NCBI GenBank assembly: GCA_003142475.1 | Contig: PLMK01000028.1 | Location: 1,430-51,755 of the forward strand | Direction: 5' to 3' | From: Ignavibacteriota bacterium | Lineage (GTDB): Bacteria; Bacteroidota; Ignavibacteria; UBA10030 | Length of the DNA: 50,326 nucleotides | Part shown: positions 1-9,791 of the stretch, piece after piece | How positions within the stretch are numbered: position 1 is the first letter of the stretch | How the letters are laid out: the number at the start of each line of letters is the position of its first letter | The notes under the pieces: model-generated | What the model was told of the DNA's origin: nothing | What the model saw: the letters and a program-made list of their open reading frames with translations, nothing else | Databases searched by the model: none | Program-made: the position numbers and the translations under genes

Positions 1-374
1 ATCGCTACTTGAGGAAATTCATGAAGCGATTCTAAAAAATCTCGCCGATGGATCATAAACAATTCTGATTTCACAGTTGCTACAACGCTCGCCGAGCGCG
101 CTTGTCCGTCCAACAGCGACATTTCACCAAAAAACTCGCCTGGTCCAAACATTGAAAGAATGACTTCTCGTCCATCTTCATCCATCCGCACTACTTTTAC
201 TTTTCCGGAGACAATAACGAAGAGTGCCGCTCCGTTTTCTTGTTCAAGTAAAACGAGATTGCCCCTCTTGTATTTTTGCCGTGTGCCAAGTTTTACAATC
301 TTCTGTAAATCCTTTTCTTCGAGGTCGGCGAAGATGGGCACGTTGCGGAGAAAATTAATTTCTTCTTGGGGCAT
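1..374 (-). CDS. Crp/Fnr-family transcriptional regulator (cNMP-binding domain; 3' end outside the window)
   Basis: Not in the ORF track. Manual translation from ATG 374 gives MPQEEINFLRNVPIFADLEEKDL...LFVIVSGKVKV...GREVILSMFGPGEFFGEMSLLDGQARSASVVA, with the typical cNMP-binding FGE..L...RSASV motif. Confidence 0.9.
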   Translation of the reverse strand, partial: MPQEEINFLRNVPIFADLEEKDLQKIVKLGTRQKYKRGNLVLLEQENGAALFVIVSGKVKVVRMDEDGREVILSMFGPGEFFGEMSLLDGQARSASVVATVKSELFMIHRRDFLESLHEFPQVA

Positions 375-452
375 TGTGGTCCGCGAAGTGTGTTTAAGTT
401 CAGATACCTATTAAATTAGGAATTTTCGTTCGTACGCACCACGAACTTTAAC

Positions 453-481
453 AATATATCCTCCGGAGTTGTGAAATGCAA
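453..481 (-). promoter_or_regulatory. sigma70-type promoter for the Crp/Fnr gene
   Basis: TTGCAT-17 nt-TATATT on the minus strand, ~80 nt upstream of the ATG. Confidence 0.65.
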
Positions 482-674
482 GGTTTTTATAAATACCAAA
501 GAGATATCTGCAATTTGTTACGATCAGTATAGAAAAAATTTGATAAATTTAGCAACTAACTTTTAACAATGATCGATTGGTCGTAAACTGTCAGTTTTTA
601 TCTTCCTATATTATTTTCTGTACATAGCCTTTTTTATGAATTCGACTCTTCAATTTTAAAACTCTAACCTTATT

Positions 675-2429
675 TTATCCAATCGGGATATCTGGAAACT
701 TATGTTTCATCAAGTGCTTGAGAAATGCTTTGATCTCGTCTTCAGATTGCATCGTTAAAACTCGCTCGGCAACGTGCTGTGCTTCCGTATAATGTATAGA
801 ACGGATAATTTTTTTAATCTCCGGCAAAATATTGGGAACCACACTGAATTCATCTAATCCAAGTCCGACGAGCAGAATAGTTGCTAGTGGATCACCCGCC
901 ATTTGTCCGCACATACCAACCCAGGCGTGTTCCTGTGTACCACGTTCAATTATACGCCTCAAAAACCGGATTACCGCTGGGTGAAATTCCTGAAACAAAT
1001 CCGATACAATATCGTTACCACGATCAACGGCAAGTAAGTACTGAATAAGATCGTTTGTACCGATACTCAAGAAGCTCACTTCCCGCGCGAGATGATCCGC
1101 AATGACAGCTGCAGCGGGCACTTCAATCATAACGCCAAGCCGAAGGTTTTCATCGAATGGAATATTATGGACACGCAAATCATCCTTTGCCTGCGCGATG
1201 AGCTGCTTACTAAGTTTCACTTCTTTAATGCTTGTAACCATCGGTAACATAATGGCAAGATTCTTCAAAGTGCTCGCCCGCAAAATAGCGCGCAACTGAT
1301 CGAGAAAAATCTGCGGTTTATCCAGCATAACACGTATTCCACGCCAGCCAAGAGACGGATTATTTTCTTTCATCGCCTGCGTCATAAATTTATCGCCGCC
1401 GATATCAAAAGTACGTATAATGGCATGTTTAGGAAAAACCGACTCAGCTATGCGGTGATAAACTTCGTATTGCTCTTCTTCGCTAGGAAAAACTTCCTTA
1501 CCGATCAGCAAACTTTCTGTGCGATAAAGTCCAATTCCGTCTGCTCCACGAAGTTTGATGAATTCTAACTCTTCTTCCAACTCTACGTTTGCTGCAAGTT
1601 TGATTCGGTGCCCATCGAGTGTTTCGGCAGGAAGATCGCGCAATGGGGCAAGTGCTTCTTCAAAGGCTTGGTATTGGGTTTTCTTTTTCTCGTAATATTT
1701 TAACGTCTCCGAATTCGGGTTCAGCACAATCGTACCGCTGTATCCATCAACAACAATCTGATCGTTAGTCTGTACCAGCGATAACAATTGGTGGACACCA
1801 ACAATGGCTGGAATTTTTAATGCGCGTGCTAGCAACGCCATATGGGATGTTGCACCACCTAATTCTGTCACATACGCCAGCACGTCGTTACGACTAAAGA
1901 TCAGTGTATCTGCCGCTGCAAGATTGTGCGAAATAATAATATGTGAACCATCGATTTTCGAAATAAGTTTTTGTTCTTCAAGATTTCGGAGAATGCGGTT
2001 TTCAACATCGAGCAGGTCGTCAGCACGCTCTCGTGCATATTCATCCTTTGACGCCGTCATCATTTGGTGGTACTTTTCCATTTCATCTTTAAGGATATAT
2101 TCCGCATTTTTCTGCTCGCGTTTTAGGCGTTTGTACACTGCCTCAAAAAGTATAACATCTTCAAGTATTAGAATCTGTGCCTCGAAAATTTTCGATTGTG
2201 CAGCTCCTAATTTTTGTTCAGCAAATTCGAATACCTTTGTGAGTTCCTTTTTTGAGCGTGCGACAGCATTTTGAAGACGTCCGATTTCTTGCTCAACATC
2301 ACCGGCAGCGATTGAGCGAATTAGTATTATTGGTTCATGTTTTCGAAATAGGAAAACGGGGCCGATGGCAATTCCGGGAGAAGCTGGAATTCCCTTCAGT
2401 TTAATTTCCTTTTTAATAGTCTGATCCAT
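675..2429 (-). CDS. ptsI: PEP-protein phosphotransferase (PTS enzyme I)
   Basis: GIPASPGIAIG N-terminus, phospho-His motif TSHMALLAR, GIGLYRTE, SIGTNDLIQY, GMCGQMAGDP. Confidence 0.96.
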   Translation of the reverse strand: MDQTIKKEIKLKGIPASPGIAIGPVFLFRKHEPIILIRSIAAGDVEQEIGRLQNAVARSKKELTKVFEFAEQKLGAAQSKIFEAQILILEDVILFEAVYKRLKREQKNAEYILKDEMEKYHQMMTASKDEYARERADDLLDVENRILRNLEEQKLISKIDGSHIIISHNLAAADTLIFSRNDVLAYVTELGGATSHMALLARALKIPAIVGVHQLLSLVQTNDQIVVDGYSGTIVLNPNSETLKYYEKKKTQYQAFEEALAPLRDLPAETLDGHRIKLAANVELEEELEFIKLRGADGIGLYRTESLLIGKEVFPSEEEQYEVYHRIAESVFPKHAIIRTFDIGGDKFMTQAMKENNPSLGWRGIRVMLDKPQIFLDQLRAILRASTLKNLAIMLPMVTSIKEVKLSKQLIAQAKDDLRVHNIPFDENLRLGVMIEVPAAAVIADHLAREVSFLSIGTNDLIQYLLAVDRGNDIVSDLFQEFHPAVIRFLRRIIERGTQEHAWVGMCGQMAGDPLATILLVGLGLDEFSVVPNILPEIKKIIRSIHYTEAQHVAERVLTMQSEDEIKAFLKHLMKHKFPDIPIG

Positions 2430-2461
2430 CTTCTTCCCGTTTATTAGCTAACAGTTTACAT

Positions 2462-2740
2462 CTATAGTGGCTCACAAAAGCCGCTCTCGAATAGTTCTGC
2501 CATAGCTTGATATGCTTCTTCTTCATCGGGTCCATCAAAGCGCATTAGAAGTTTGGACCCTTGTTCGGCAGCCAACGTCATTACACCGATAATACTCTTT
2601 CCATTAATTTGGAAATTATCTTTTTCGATAAAAAACTCAGATTTAAATTTTGCAGCCAGTTTCACAATCGCAGCAGCCGGGCGTGTATGTAACCCCGCTC
2701 GATTCCGAATAGTTACTTCGCGTTCGATCATTCCTTGCAC
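2462..2740 (-). CDS. ptsH: Phosphocarrier protein HPr (start may be ATG 2731)
   Basis: GLHTRPA (His15) and NGKSIIGVMTL (Ser46) motifs; adjacent to ptsI. Confidence 0.95.
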   Translation of the reverse strand: MQGMIEREVTIRNRAGLHTRPAAAIVKLAAKFKSEFFIEKDNFQINGKSIIGVMTLAAEQGSKLLMRFDGPDEEEAYQAMAELFESGFCEPL

Positions 2741-2746
2741 ATTTCG

Positions 2747-3724
2747 TTAGAATTTCCTATTCAATAATCTATCTGTCATCCACCGAAGCGTCTCACGAGC
2801 TGCGGAAGCAGGCAATGTTGAAAGTTGATTTTTCGCTTCAGTGATATCATTTTCGATTCGTTTCTTGGCAGAATCAATTGCGCCTGTTTCCTCATAGATG
2901 AGACGAAACGCTTGTATCTGTTTTCGTGGTACACCACGGTTTGTAAAAATACGCTGAAGCATTTTTTTCTGCTCTCCTTTTGCACGGCGTAACGCTTCAA
3001 GGAGCAGAAATGTTTTTTTACCTTCTACTAAATCACCGCCAATTGTTTTGCCAAATTCTTTTTCGTTTCCAACGATATCCAGCAAATCATCCTGAATCTG
3101 AAACGCTCGTCCTACATATTCGCCGTATCGCCGCAGCGCTTCAAGATCCGAAGGTGCTGCATTTCCAACAAGCGCACCCAGCTGCGCCGCTATCGAAACT
3201 AATTTCCCGGTTTTCTTTTCGATCATCATCAAGTATTCATTAACATGCACACGGTGGCGTGTTTCAAATTCCTTATCCAACGCCTGTCCTTCACAAATTG
3301 TAACCACACCCTCGGTAAAAATTTTACCGATTTCCTGAATATGAGTTGATTTTGTTCTGAGTAATGCACGATATGCAAACGCAAGCAATGCGTCGCCGGA
3401 AAGAAGTGCAACATTTTCATCCCACTTTTTATGCACAGTAAGACGTCCACGGCGTGTTTCTGCATGGTCCATTATATCATCATGAACGAGTGTAAAATTA
3501 TGAAGGATTTCAATTCCAGCTCCCGCGTGCATCGCATTGTTCGCTTCGCCGCCAACAGCTTCGCATGCAAGTAATGTAATCACAGGGCGAATGCGTTTGC
3601 CGCCTGCCACGAGTACATATTTTGCTGGATGGTACAGCGTTTTAGGTTTGTGTTCGGTGATAAAACTTCGAAGATATCGTTCCACCGCCGATTTATGTCG
3701 TTCGTATCGTTGTTCAGGATTCAT
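2747..3724 (-). CDS. Short-chain polyprenyl diphosphate synthase (probably GGPP synthase, IdsA-like)
   Basis: GGKRIRP, FARM HNFTLVHDDIMD...RRG, SARM FQIQDDLLD, GKKT. Confidence 0.92.
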   Translation of the reverse strand: MNPEQRYERHKSAVERYLRSFITEHKPKTLYHPAKYVLVAGGKRIRPVITLLACEAVGGEANNAMHAGAGIEILHNFTLVHDDIMDHAETRRGRLTVHKKWDENVALLSGDALLAFAYRALLRTKSTHIQEIGKIFTEGVVTICEGQALDKEFETRHRVHVNEYLMMIEKKTGKLVSIAAQLGALVGNAAPSDLEALRRYGEYVGRAFQIQDDLLDIVGNEKEFGKTIGGDLVEGKKTFLLLEALRRAKGEQKKMLQRIFTNRGVPRKQIQAFRLIYEETGAIDSAKKRIENDITEAKNQLSTLPASAARETLRWMTDRLLNRKF

Positions 3725-3738
3725 AATTCATTCTCATC

Positions 3739-4824
3739 TCATACTCTTGAATATAATATTTGTTGCTGCAGATCAGCGATGGAACGTGAGCCGGTTAGAA
3801 ACATCGTGCTCTTCAACTCCCATTCCCATTGATTAATAAGCCGAAGAACCGCTTTCGTTCCGCCGCTTGCAAGCGCTTGGAGCATAGACATGGCAGAAGC
3901 AGCAAAATCGGCGCCAAGTGCAATTGATTTTGCACAATCAATTCCGCTTGAAATTCCACCCGATGCAATAACCTTCAACGATGGTGATGCACTCTTTAAA
4001 CAACAAACAGACTTCAGTGCATCTACTGTCGGAATTCCCCAATCCCAAAATATTTCCGCATTTAAATTTTTTACTACTTTCTTCCTTTTCACATTTCCCC
4101 ATGTTTTTTCCCCTTCTTCATTTCTTCTCACAATCTCAACTCCCGCCCAGCTTGTACCGCCGGCACCTGCAATATCAATAATTTTTACTCCGACATCAAT
4201 CAATCGTCGTGCAACATTAGCTGAGATACCAGCTCCAATTTCTTTAACGATAATGGGAACAGGAAGTGACTTCGCCAGTAATTCGATACCGTTAAGAACA
4301 CCGCGAAAATTCGTATCACCCTCCGGCTGAAGTAATTCCTGCAATGGATTGAGGTGTACTGCAAACCCATCGGCTTGAATTAAATCAATCAGCCGTATTA
4401 TCGGCGATATATCCCGTAATTTAGCAACTTCTGCTGCTCCAATATTTCCGAAGATTGGAATATCTGATGCAATTTCACGCACCACTGAATAAGAACGATG
4501 ATACCGTACATCCTCTGATGCCTGCCGTTGACTGCCAACACCTAATGCGATTTTTTTTTGAGCACAAACTTCAGCAAGTTGCCAATTAATCCGTTTGGCC
4601 TTTGCATACCCGCCGGTCATACCAGAAATGATGAACGGCAAAGTAATTTTTTTCCCTAAAAAAACTGTTGAGGTATCGATATCCGAGAGATTTAGTTCAG
4701 GTAGAGCGTTGTGTAAAAAATCCCACCGATCAAATCCAGAAGATTTAGTGCGAAACGATACATCCTTTGTCAAACTAATATTGACGTGTTGTTGCTTGCG
4801 TGAGGATGTCCGCGTCATTTTCAT
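3739..4824 (-). CDS. fni: Type 2 (FMN-dependent) isopentenyl-diphosphate isomerase
   Basis: RKQQH, SGMTGG, GVGSQR, HLNPLQE...QPEGD, VKEIGAG, GAGGTSW. Confidence 0.95.
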   Translation of the reverse strand: MKMTRTSSRKQQHVNISLTKDVSFRTKSSGFDRWDFLHNALPELNLSDIDTSTVFLGKKITLPFIISGMTGGYAKAKRINWQLAEVCAQKKIALGVGSQRQASEDVRYHRSYSVVREIASDIPIFGNIGAAEVAKLRDISPIIRLIDLIQADGFAVHLNPLQELLQPEGDTNFRGVLNGIELLAKSLPVPIIVKEIGAGISANVARRLIDVGVKIIDIAGAGGTSWAGVEIVRRNEEGEKTWGNVKRKKVVKNLNAEIFWDWGIPTVDALKSVCCLKSASPSLKVIASGGISSGIDCAKSIALGADFAASAMSMLQALASGGTKAVLRLINQWEWELKSTMFLTGSRSIADLQQQILYSRV

Positions 4825-4842
4825 ACATCATATCTCTTTAGA

Positions 4843-4871
4843 ATAATAAAGAAATCGGTTTCGAGAAGCAA
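4843..4871 (-). promoter_or_regulatory. sigma70-type promoter for the fni-GGPPS-ptsH-ptsI operon
   Basis: TTGCTT-17 nt-TATTAT on the minus strand. Confidence 0.5.
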
Positions 4872-4940
4872 GGTAGCGAATAAAAAGCGTTTCTTGATTT
4901 TCCTTCAATTTTTCGGTATCTAATTCCATACACAAACACG

Positions 4941-5705
4941 ATGAAAACAAATAAACCTCGACAACCGCAAAAGCTAACTGTGCGACAAAAAACTTATTTC
5001 TTCTCAGACGCTCATCTCGGTCTCGGTTCAATAGAAGAAGATCGCCAGAAAGAATTACGGCTAATTCGTTTTTTAAATTTTATTCAGCAAGATGCATCAC
5101 AAATTTATATAGTAGGCGATCTATTTGATTACTGGTTTGAATACAAATCAGTCGTGCCAAAAAAATATTTCCGCCTTTTTTCAAAACTTGTGGAATTGAC
5201 CGAACATAACATCCGTTTGGTTTTTATCGCAGGTAATCACGATTTTTGGGTGAAAAATTACTTCCGAGATGAACTTGGTATGGAAGTACATTTTAATCCT
5301 GTCGAAACGGAAATTTGCGGCAAGCGATTCCTCATTCATCACGGTGACGGTTTACTTAAAGACGACCTTGGCTATAAGATTCTCAAAAAAATATTGCGTA
5401 GCAAAACTAACATTTTTCTCTTTTCGTTAATTCATCCGGATATTGCTGGATGGTTCGCACGTTGGTCGTCGAATACAAGCCGGCGCTACACAAGCAACAG
5501 AACGTACGAAAGCACCGGTATGGTGGACTTTGCAACACGTAAGATAAAAGAGGGGTTCGACTTTGTAGTGATGGGACACAACCATGTTCCATCATGCCAA
5601 ACTCTTGACGGCGGTGTATACGTCAATCTTGGTGACTGGATTTTTGAGAATACTTACGCGGTTTTCGATGGCAAGAAAATAAAATTGAAGAAGTGGGCGG
5701 ATTGA
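4941..5705 (+). CDS. lpxH: UDP-2,3-diacylglucosamine hydrolase-like metallophosphoesterase
   Basis: Calcineurin-like motifs SDAHLG, GDLFDYW, GNHD, HGD, GHNH, and NLGDW. Confidence 0.8.
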   Translation: MKTNKPRQPQKLTVRQKTYFFSDAHLGLGSIEEDRQKELRLIRFLNFIQQDASQIYIVGDLFDYWFEYKSVVPKKYFRLFSKLVELTEHNIRLVFIAGNHDFWVKNYFRDELGMEVHFNPVETEICGKRFLIHHGDGLLKDDLGYKILKKILRSKTNIFLFSLIHPDIAGWFARWSSNTSRRYTSNRTYESTGMVDFATRKIKEGFDFVVMGHNHVPSCQTLDGGVYVNLGDWIFENTYAVFDGKKIKLKKWAD

Positions 5706-5733
5706 TCTATGCATTTGAGACAAAACCAATATT

Positions 5734-8049
5734 ATGACTGATAAAAAATTTAGTTCAGAAAAAATGGAGCGGTACTTTAACGATCCGGAGTACCGGCATG
5801 GAAATATGAAACTCAATAAGCAGTATTTCAAACGGAAGTATATAATTCTTTTTTGCACCATTTTTATTATTGCAGCGCCAGTTACATGGTACTCCGTATA
5901 TATTTTAAACGGGTTGCCGACTCTCGAACAGCTAGAAAATCCAAAACCTGAACTCGCAACTAAAATTTATTCCGCCGACGGTGAAGTGCTGGATCAGTTT
6001 GCGTACAAAAATCGCACACGCGTTACGCTCAACAGACTTCCACCAGGATTAATCAAAGGACTTGTCGCCACCGAAGACAAAGATTTCTATGACCACTGGG
6101 GCGTCAATCTATCACGTTTCATCCGGCAAATGGTGATTAATGTTGTCACATTTCGTCAAGCGGGCGCCAGTACTATAACACAACAGCTTGCACGGAATCT
6201 CTACAAACTCCAGATCAAACACGAAACGATGTTTGATAAAATCACACGAAAAATCCGCGAGTTTCTCACATCTGTCCAAATTGAACGTCGTTTTACAAAG
6301 AATGAAATTATGGAGTTTTATTTGAATGTAGCCTATTTCGGTAAAAATGCCTACGGCATTGAATCTGCCTCCCAGACATATTTTGGCAAGCCCGCAGCTA
6401 AAATGACACCGCCGGAATATACAATGCTCATTGGCATGCTCAAAGGACCAAGTTACTACGATCCCATTCTTCACGCCGACCGCGCATTTGCACGCCGTGA
6501 TGTAGTAATAAACCAAATGCTGAAGGAAGGATTGTTCACTGAAGAGACAGCGCGGCAAGTGCGTGCTGATTCTTTGGATTTGAAATCTGTCGAATCAGAA
6601 TTTCGTTCCGGCATTGCACCACATTTTGTTGAATGGATTCGCCAGCAGCTTCTAAAAAAAGCTGAAGCGCATGGCTATGACATTTACCGCGACGGCTTGC
6701 GTATATACACATCGCTCGACAGCCGGATGCAGCGGTACGCCATCTCGGCTATCGAAGAACATTTGAAGGATTACCAACAAAAGTTTGATGCATCGTGGAA
6801 TTGGAAAGAACATCCTGACATTATGAATGATGTCATCAGCAAAGCTATTCGGGAAGATGAATCGTATAGTAAATCGCGCAATGCTGATATGCGGGACAGC
6901 ATTCGCAAAGAACTTCGCAACAGTCATACTTTTATCGATTCGGTGCTGAAAGCCGCACAGACGATCGAAGTCGGTTTTGTTGTCATTGATCCGCATAATG
7001 GAAGAATTAAAGCGATGATTGGTGGACGTAATTACCGTACATTTAAATACGGACTGAACCATGTTACGCAGATTCACCGCCAGCCAGGATCTGCGTTCAA
7101 ACCATTCGTCTATACCGTTGCGCTGGATAATGGATATCCGGCATGTTATGAAGTGTTGAATCAACCAGTCACTATACCAATGCCTGATGGAACTCGCTGG
7201 GCGCCGGAAAATTTTGAGAGAGACATCGGCGGTAGGTTTACACTGCGCGAAGCACTAAAACATTCTATTAATCTCGTAACTGTTCGTGTTATTTTAGAAA
7301 TCGCTCCTGCCGCGCAAGTTTCGGCATATGCTCATCGAATGGGTATCACATCGCCTGTGCCTGCGTACGAGTCTCTTGCGCTTGGCACTGCGGAAGTTTC
7401 ACCATTAGAATTAACATCAGCGTACTGCGTGTATGACAATGAAGGCGTTCTTGTTTCACCTATCGCAATTACGCGCATTGAGGACAATGACGGTAATGTG
7501 ATTGAAGAAAATTATCCGGAGAAAAAAGAAGTTCTGAGCAAAGAAACTGCATACTTGATGACAGACTTACTAAAGGGCGTTGTGAATGGTGGAACTGCAA
7601 CAACCGCCGTACGCTCTTTCTTCAGTGGTGTATGCGCAGGCAAGACTGGAACAACAAATGACTATGCCGACGCATGGTTTGTTGGTTTCACCCCGCAATT
7701 GGCTGCCGGAGCGTGGGTTGGTTTTGATGATGCACGCATTCGTTTTAAAAGTGCGGATGGTCAGGGCGGCAAAGCAGCAGCACCAATTTTCGGCTTGTTT
7801 ATGCAGAAGACATATGAAGATCCAAGTATTGGATTAACTCAGGAATTTTTTATTCAACCGGAAGGCATCATTACTGACACGATTTGCGCAGATACGAAGA
7901 AAAAAGCGCGCGAGTGGTGTCCGACCAAGACGACGGAAATCTTCAATTCTAAATATCCAATTGGATTATGTGACAAACACACCAGCGCAGATTGGAATCA
8001 GGGCAAAGAAGGCGAAGACACACGAAAGAAAAGTAAAATAAACTGGTAA
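5734..8049 (+). CDS. Class A penicillin-binding protein (PBP1A family)
   Basis: N-terminal TM; transglycosylase EDKDFYDHWG and GASTITQQLARN; transpeptidase SAFK, SIN, KTGT. Confidence 0.95.
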   Translation: MTDKKFSSEKMERYFNDPEYRHGNMKLNKQYFKRKYIILFCTIFIIAAPVTWYSVYILNGLPTLEQLENPKPELATKIYSADGEVLDQFAYKNRTRVTLNRLPPGLIKGLVATEDKDFYDHWGVNLSRFIRQMVINVVTFRQAGASTITQQLARNLYKLQIKHETMFDKITRKIREFLTSVQIERRFTKNEIMEFYLNVAYFGKNAYGIESASQTYFGKPAAKMTPPEYTMLIGMLKGPSYYDPILHADRAFARRDVVINQMLKEGLFTEETARQVRADSLDLKSVESEFRSGIAPHFVEWIRQQLLKKAEAHGYDIYRDGLRIYTSLDSRMQRYAISAIEEHLKDYQQKFDASWNWKEHPDIMNDVISKAIREDESYSKSRNADMRDSIRKELRNSHTFIDSVLKAAQTIEVGFVVIDPHNGRIKAMIGGRNYRTFKYGLNHVTQIHRQPGSAFKPFVYTVALDNGYPACYEVLNQPVTIPMPDGTRWAPENFERDIGGRFTLREALKHSINLVTVRVILEIAPAAQVSAYAHRMGITSPVPAYESLALGTAEVSPLELTSAYCVYDNEGVLVSPIAITRIEDNDGNVIEENYPEKKEVLSKETAYLMTDLLKGVVNGGTATTAVRSFFSGVCAGKTGTTNDYADAWFVGFTPQLAAGAWVGFDDARIRFKSADGQGGKAAAPIFGLFMQKTYEDPSIGLTQEFFIQPEGIITDTICADTKKKAREWCPTKTTEIFNSKYPIGLCDKHTSADWNQGKEGEDTRKKSKINW

Positions 8050-8059
8050 AAAGATATAC

Positions 8060-9169
8060 TCATTTCTTAAGTATTTTTTCTATGGCTTTTTGAATCAGCT
8101 TGGGAGGTACATCATCAACTACTTTCACTTCTCCAATTTTTATCGGCAATACGAAACGCAGTTTTGTACCAACGTGTTTCTTATCGCGTCCCATAGCACT
8201 TACAATGTTTGCAATTTTCAATGAAGAAAGTTTTGTCTTTATCGGGACACGGCGGATTAACGCAACAATGCGCTCGTAGGAATCTGCATCTAAGAATTTC
8301 ATTTCTTTGGCAATAAAGCTTTCGGCTATCATTCCAAGCAAAACCGCTTCACCGTGCTTCATCAGTTTATAATGCCCGGCAAATTCCAGTCCGTGACCAA
8401 TTGTGTGCCCGCAATTAAGGATGATGCGGATTCCTGATTCTTTCTCATCTTGCGATACAATTTCTGCTTTAACTGTCGCACATTGTGCCTGCACATACAT
8501 TACTACTTCGGCATCGAGCCGGAGAATTTTTTCCAAATGTGATTCAAGAAATCCAAACAATTCGGCATCTCGGATAACGCCGTACTTTAACACTTCGCCG
8601 AATCCACAGATAACCTCACGCGGCGGCAATGTCTTAAGGTAGTAGACATCCGTCCACACAAACGCCGGCTGGTGAAACGCGCCAATCATATTTTTCCCCA
8701 ATGGATGATTGACACCGACCTTTCCACCGATGGAACTGTCAACCTGAGAAAGCAATGTCGTCGGGACTTGCACTAGTTTAATGCCACGCTGGTATGTTGC
8801 CGCGACAAATCCAGCAAGATCACCAACCACACCACCTCCTAACGCAATAACAGTTGAGTTGCGTGGAATTCTTTTCTTCAACATCTCAGTGAAAATTGTG
8901 TTTGCACGATGAAGACTCTTCTGATTTTCTCCCGATGAAAGAATAATAGTGGTCGGTTGAAATTTATGGTGCTGAAGATTTCGCAGAAGCGGTTGAAGAT
9001 GGTACAATGCTACATTTCGATCGATGATGATTACAATAGAATCTGAAATTCCGTGCTGGCGGCATATTGGTGCGAACGAAGAAACCATGTCCGCACCTGT
9101 ATAAATGGGATATGAGCGTTCGCCAAGTGCAACATCAATCTGCCGATGAATCATAAATTTATTCCTCAT
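8060..9169 (-). CDS. aroB: 3-dehydroquinate synthase
   Basis: ALGGGVVGDLAGF, PTTLLSQVDSSIGGK, KNMIGAFHQP, GHTIGHG, HGEAV. Confidence 0.96.
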   Translation of the reverse strand: MRNKFMIHRQIDVALGERSYPIYTGADMVSSFAPICRQHGISDSIVIIIDRNVALYHLQPLLRNLQHHKFQPTTIILSSGENQKSLHRANTIFTEMLKKRIPRNSTVIALGGGVVGDLAGFVAATYQRGIKLVQVPTTLLSQVDSSIGGKVGVNHPLGKNMIGAFHQPAFVWTDVYYLKTLPPREVICGFGEVLKYGVIRDAELFGFLESHLEKILRLDAEVVMYVQAQCATVKAEIVSQDEKESGIRIILNCGHTIGHGLEFAGHYKLMKHGEAVLLGMIAESFIAKEMKFLDADSYERIVALIRRVPIKTKLSSLKIANIVSAMGRDKKHVGTKLRFVLPIKIGEVKVVDDVPPKLIQKAIEKILKK

Positions 9170-9728
9170 TAATCATATCGTGAATGTTTTTCACAATCTC
9201 ATCTACCGTTGCACCCACATGCATATTATCGGCGTTTATCACTACATCGGCGCGAGCGTAATATTTTTCACGGTGGCTCATTAAATCAAGCACTCGATTC
9301 TTCAACTCCGATGGTGAGAGTTTGTTGCCTTGTTTATCTTTCAACATCGGACGGTTACTCCGGTACTGTACACGTTGTATAATTTCTCCAGGTGAAAGTT
9401 TGAGATAAACGAGAATTGCTTTCTGTAATACAAGTTGGCAATTCTCTTCGTTAGCAATTGCGCCGCCGCCAAGTGAAATAACACAATTATTAAGTTCGGT
9501 TAGTTCTAGTAAAGCTTCCCGTTCTAAAGTACGGAAAGCCTGCTCGCCTTCTGAACTAAATATTTCCTCCACCCGCTTATTTGTTTTTTGTTCGATGTGA
9601 TGATCAACATCAATATATTCAAAGCCAAGTGTGTTGGCGAGAATAGGACCAATAGTGCTCTTTCCGCTTCCCATAAATCCAGTAAGGAAGATTAACGATT
9701 TCTTATGTCTGTGTGGTGAATTTTTCAT
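9159..9728 (-). CDS. aroK: Shikimate kinase
   Basis: GFMGSGKST P-loop, GEQAFR, GGG, RPML; overlaps the aroB start. Confidence 0.95.
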   Translation of the reverse strand: MKNSPHRHKKSLIFLTGFMGSGKSTIGPILANTLGFEYIDVDHHIEQKTNKRVEEIFSSEGEQAFRTLEREALLELTELNNCVISLGGGAIANEENCQLVLQKAILVYLKLSPGEIIQRVQYRSNRPMLKDKQGNKLSPSELKNRVLDLMSHREKYYARADVVINADNMHVGATVDEIVKNIHDMINEE

Positions 9729-9738
9729 ATTCTGTGTT

Positions 9739-9771
9739 AAAAAAAAGGCGTCTCGATTAATCGAGACGCCT
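9739..9771 (-). terminator. Intrinsic terminator after ppiD
   Basis: Perfect 26-bp palindrome AGGCGTCTCGATTAATCGAGACGCCT (9746-9771) followed by a T run on the minus strand. Confidence 0.8.
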
Positions 9772-9791
9772 CAGATAAACGAGAGTGAATT

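Noticed and set aside
160-414. 84-aa + strand ORF in the track
   Set aside because: It is the antisense shadow of the Crp/Fnr gene on the minus strand.
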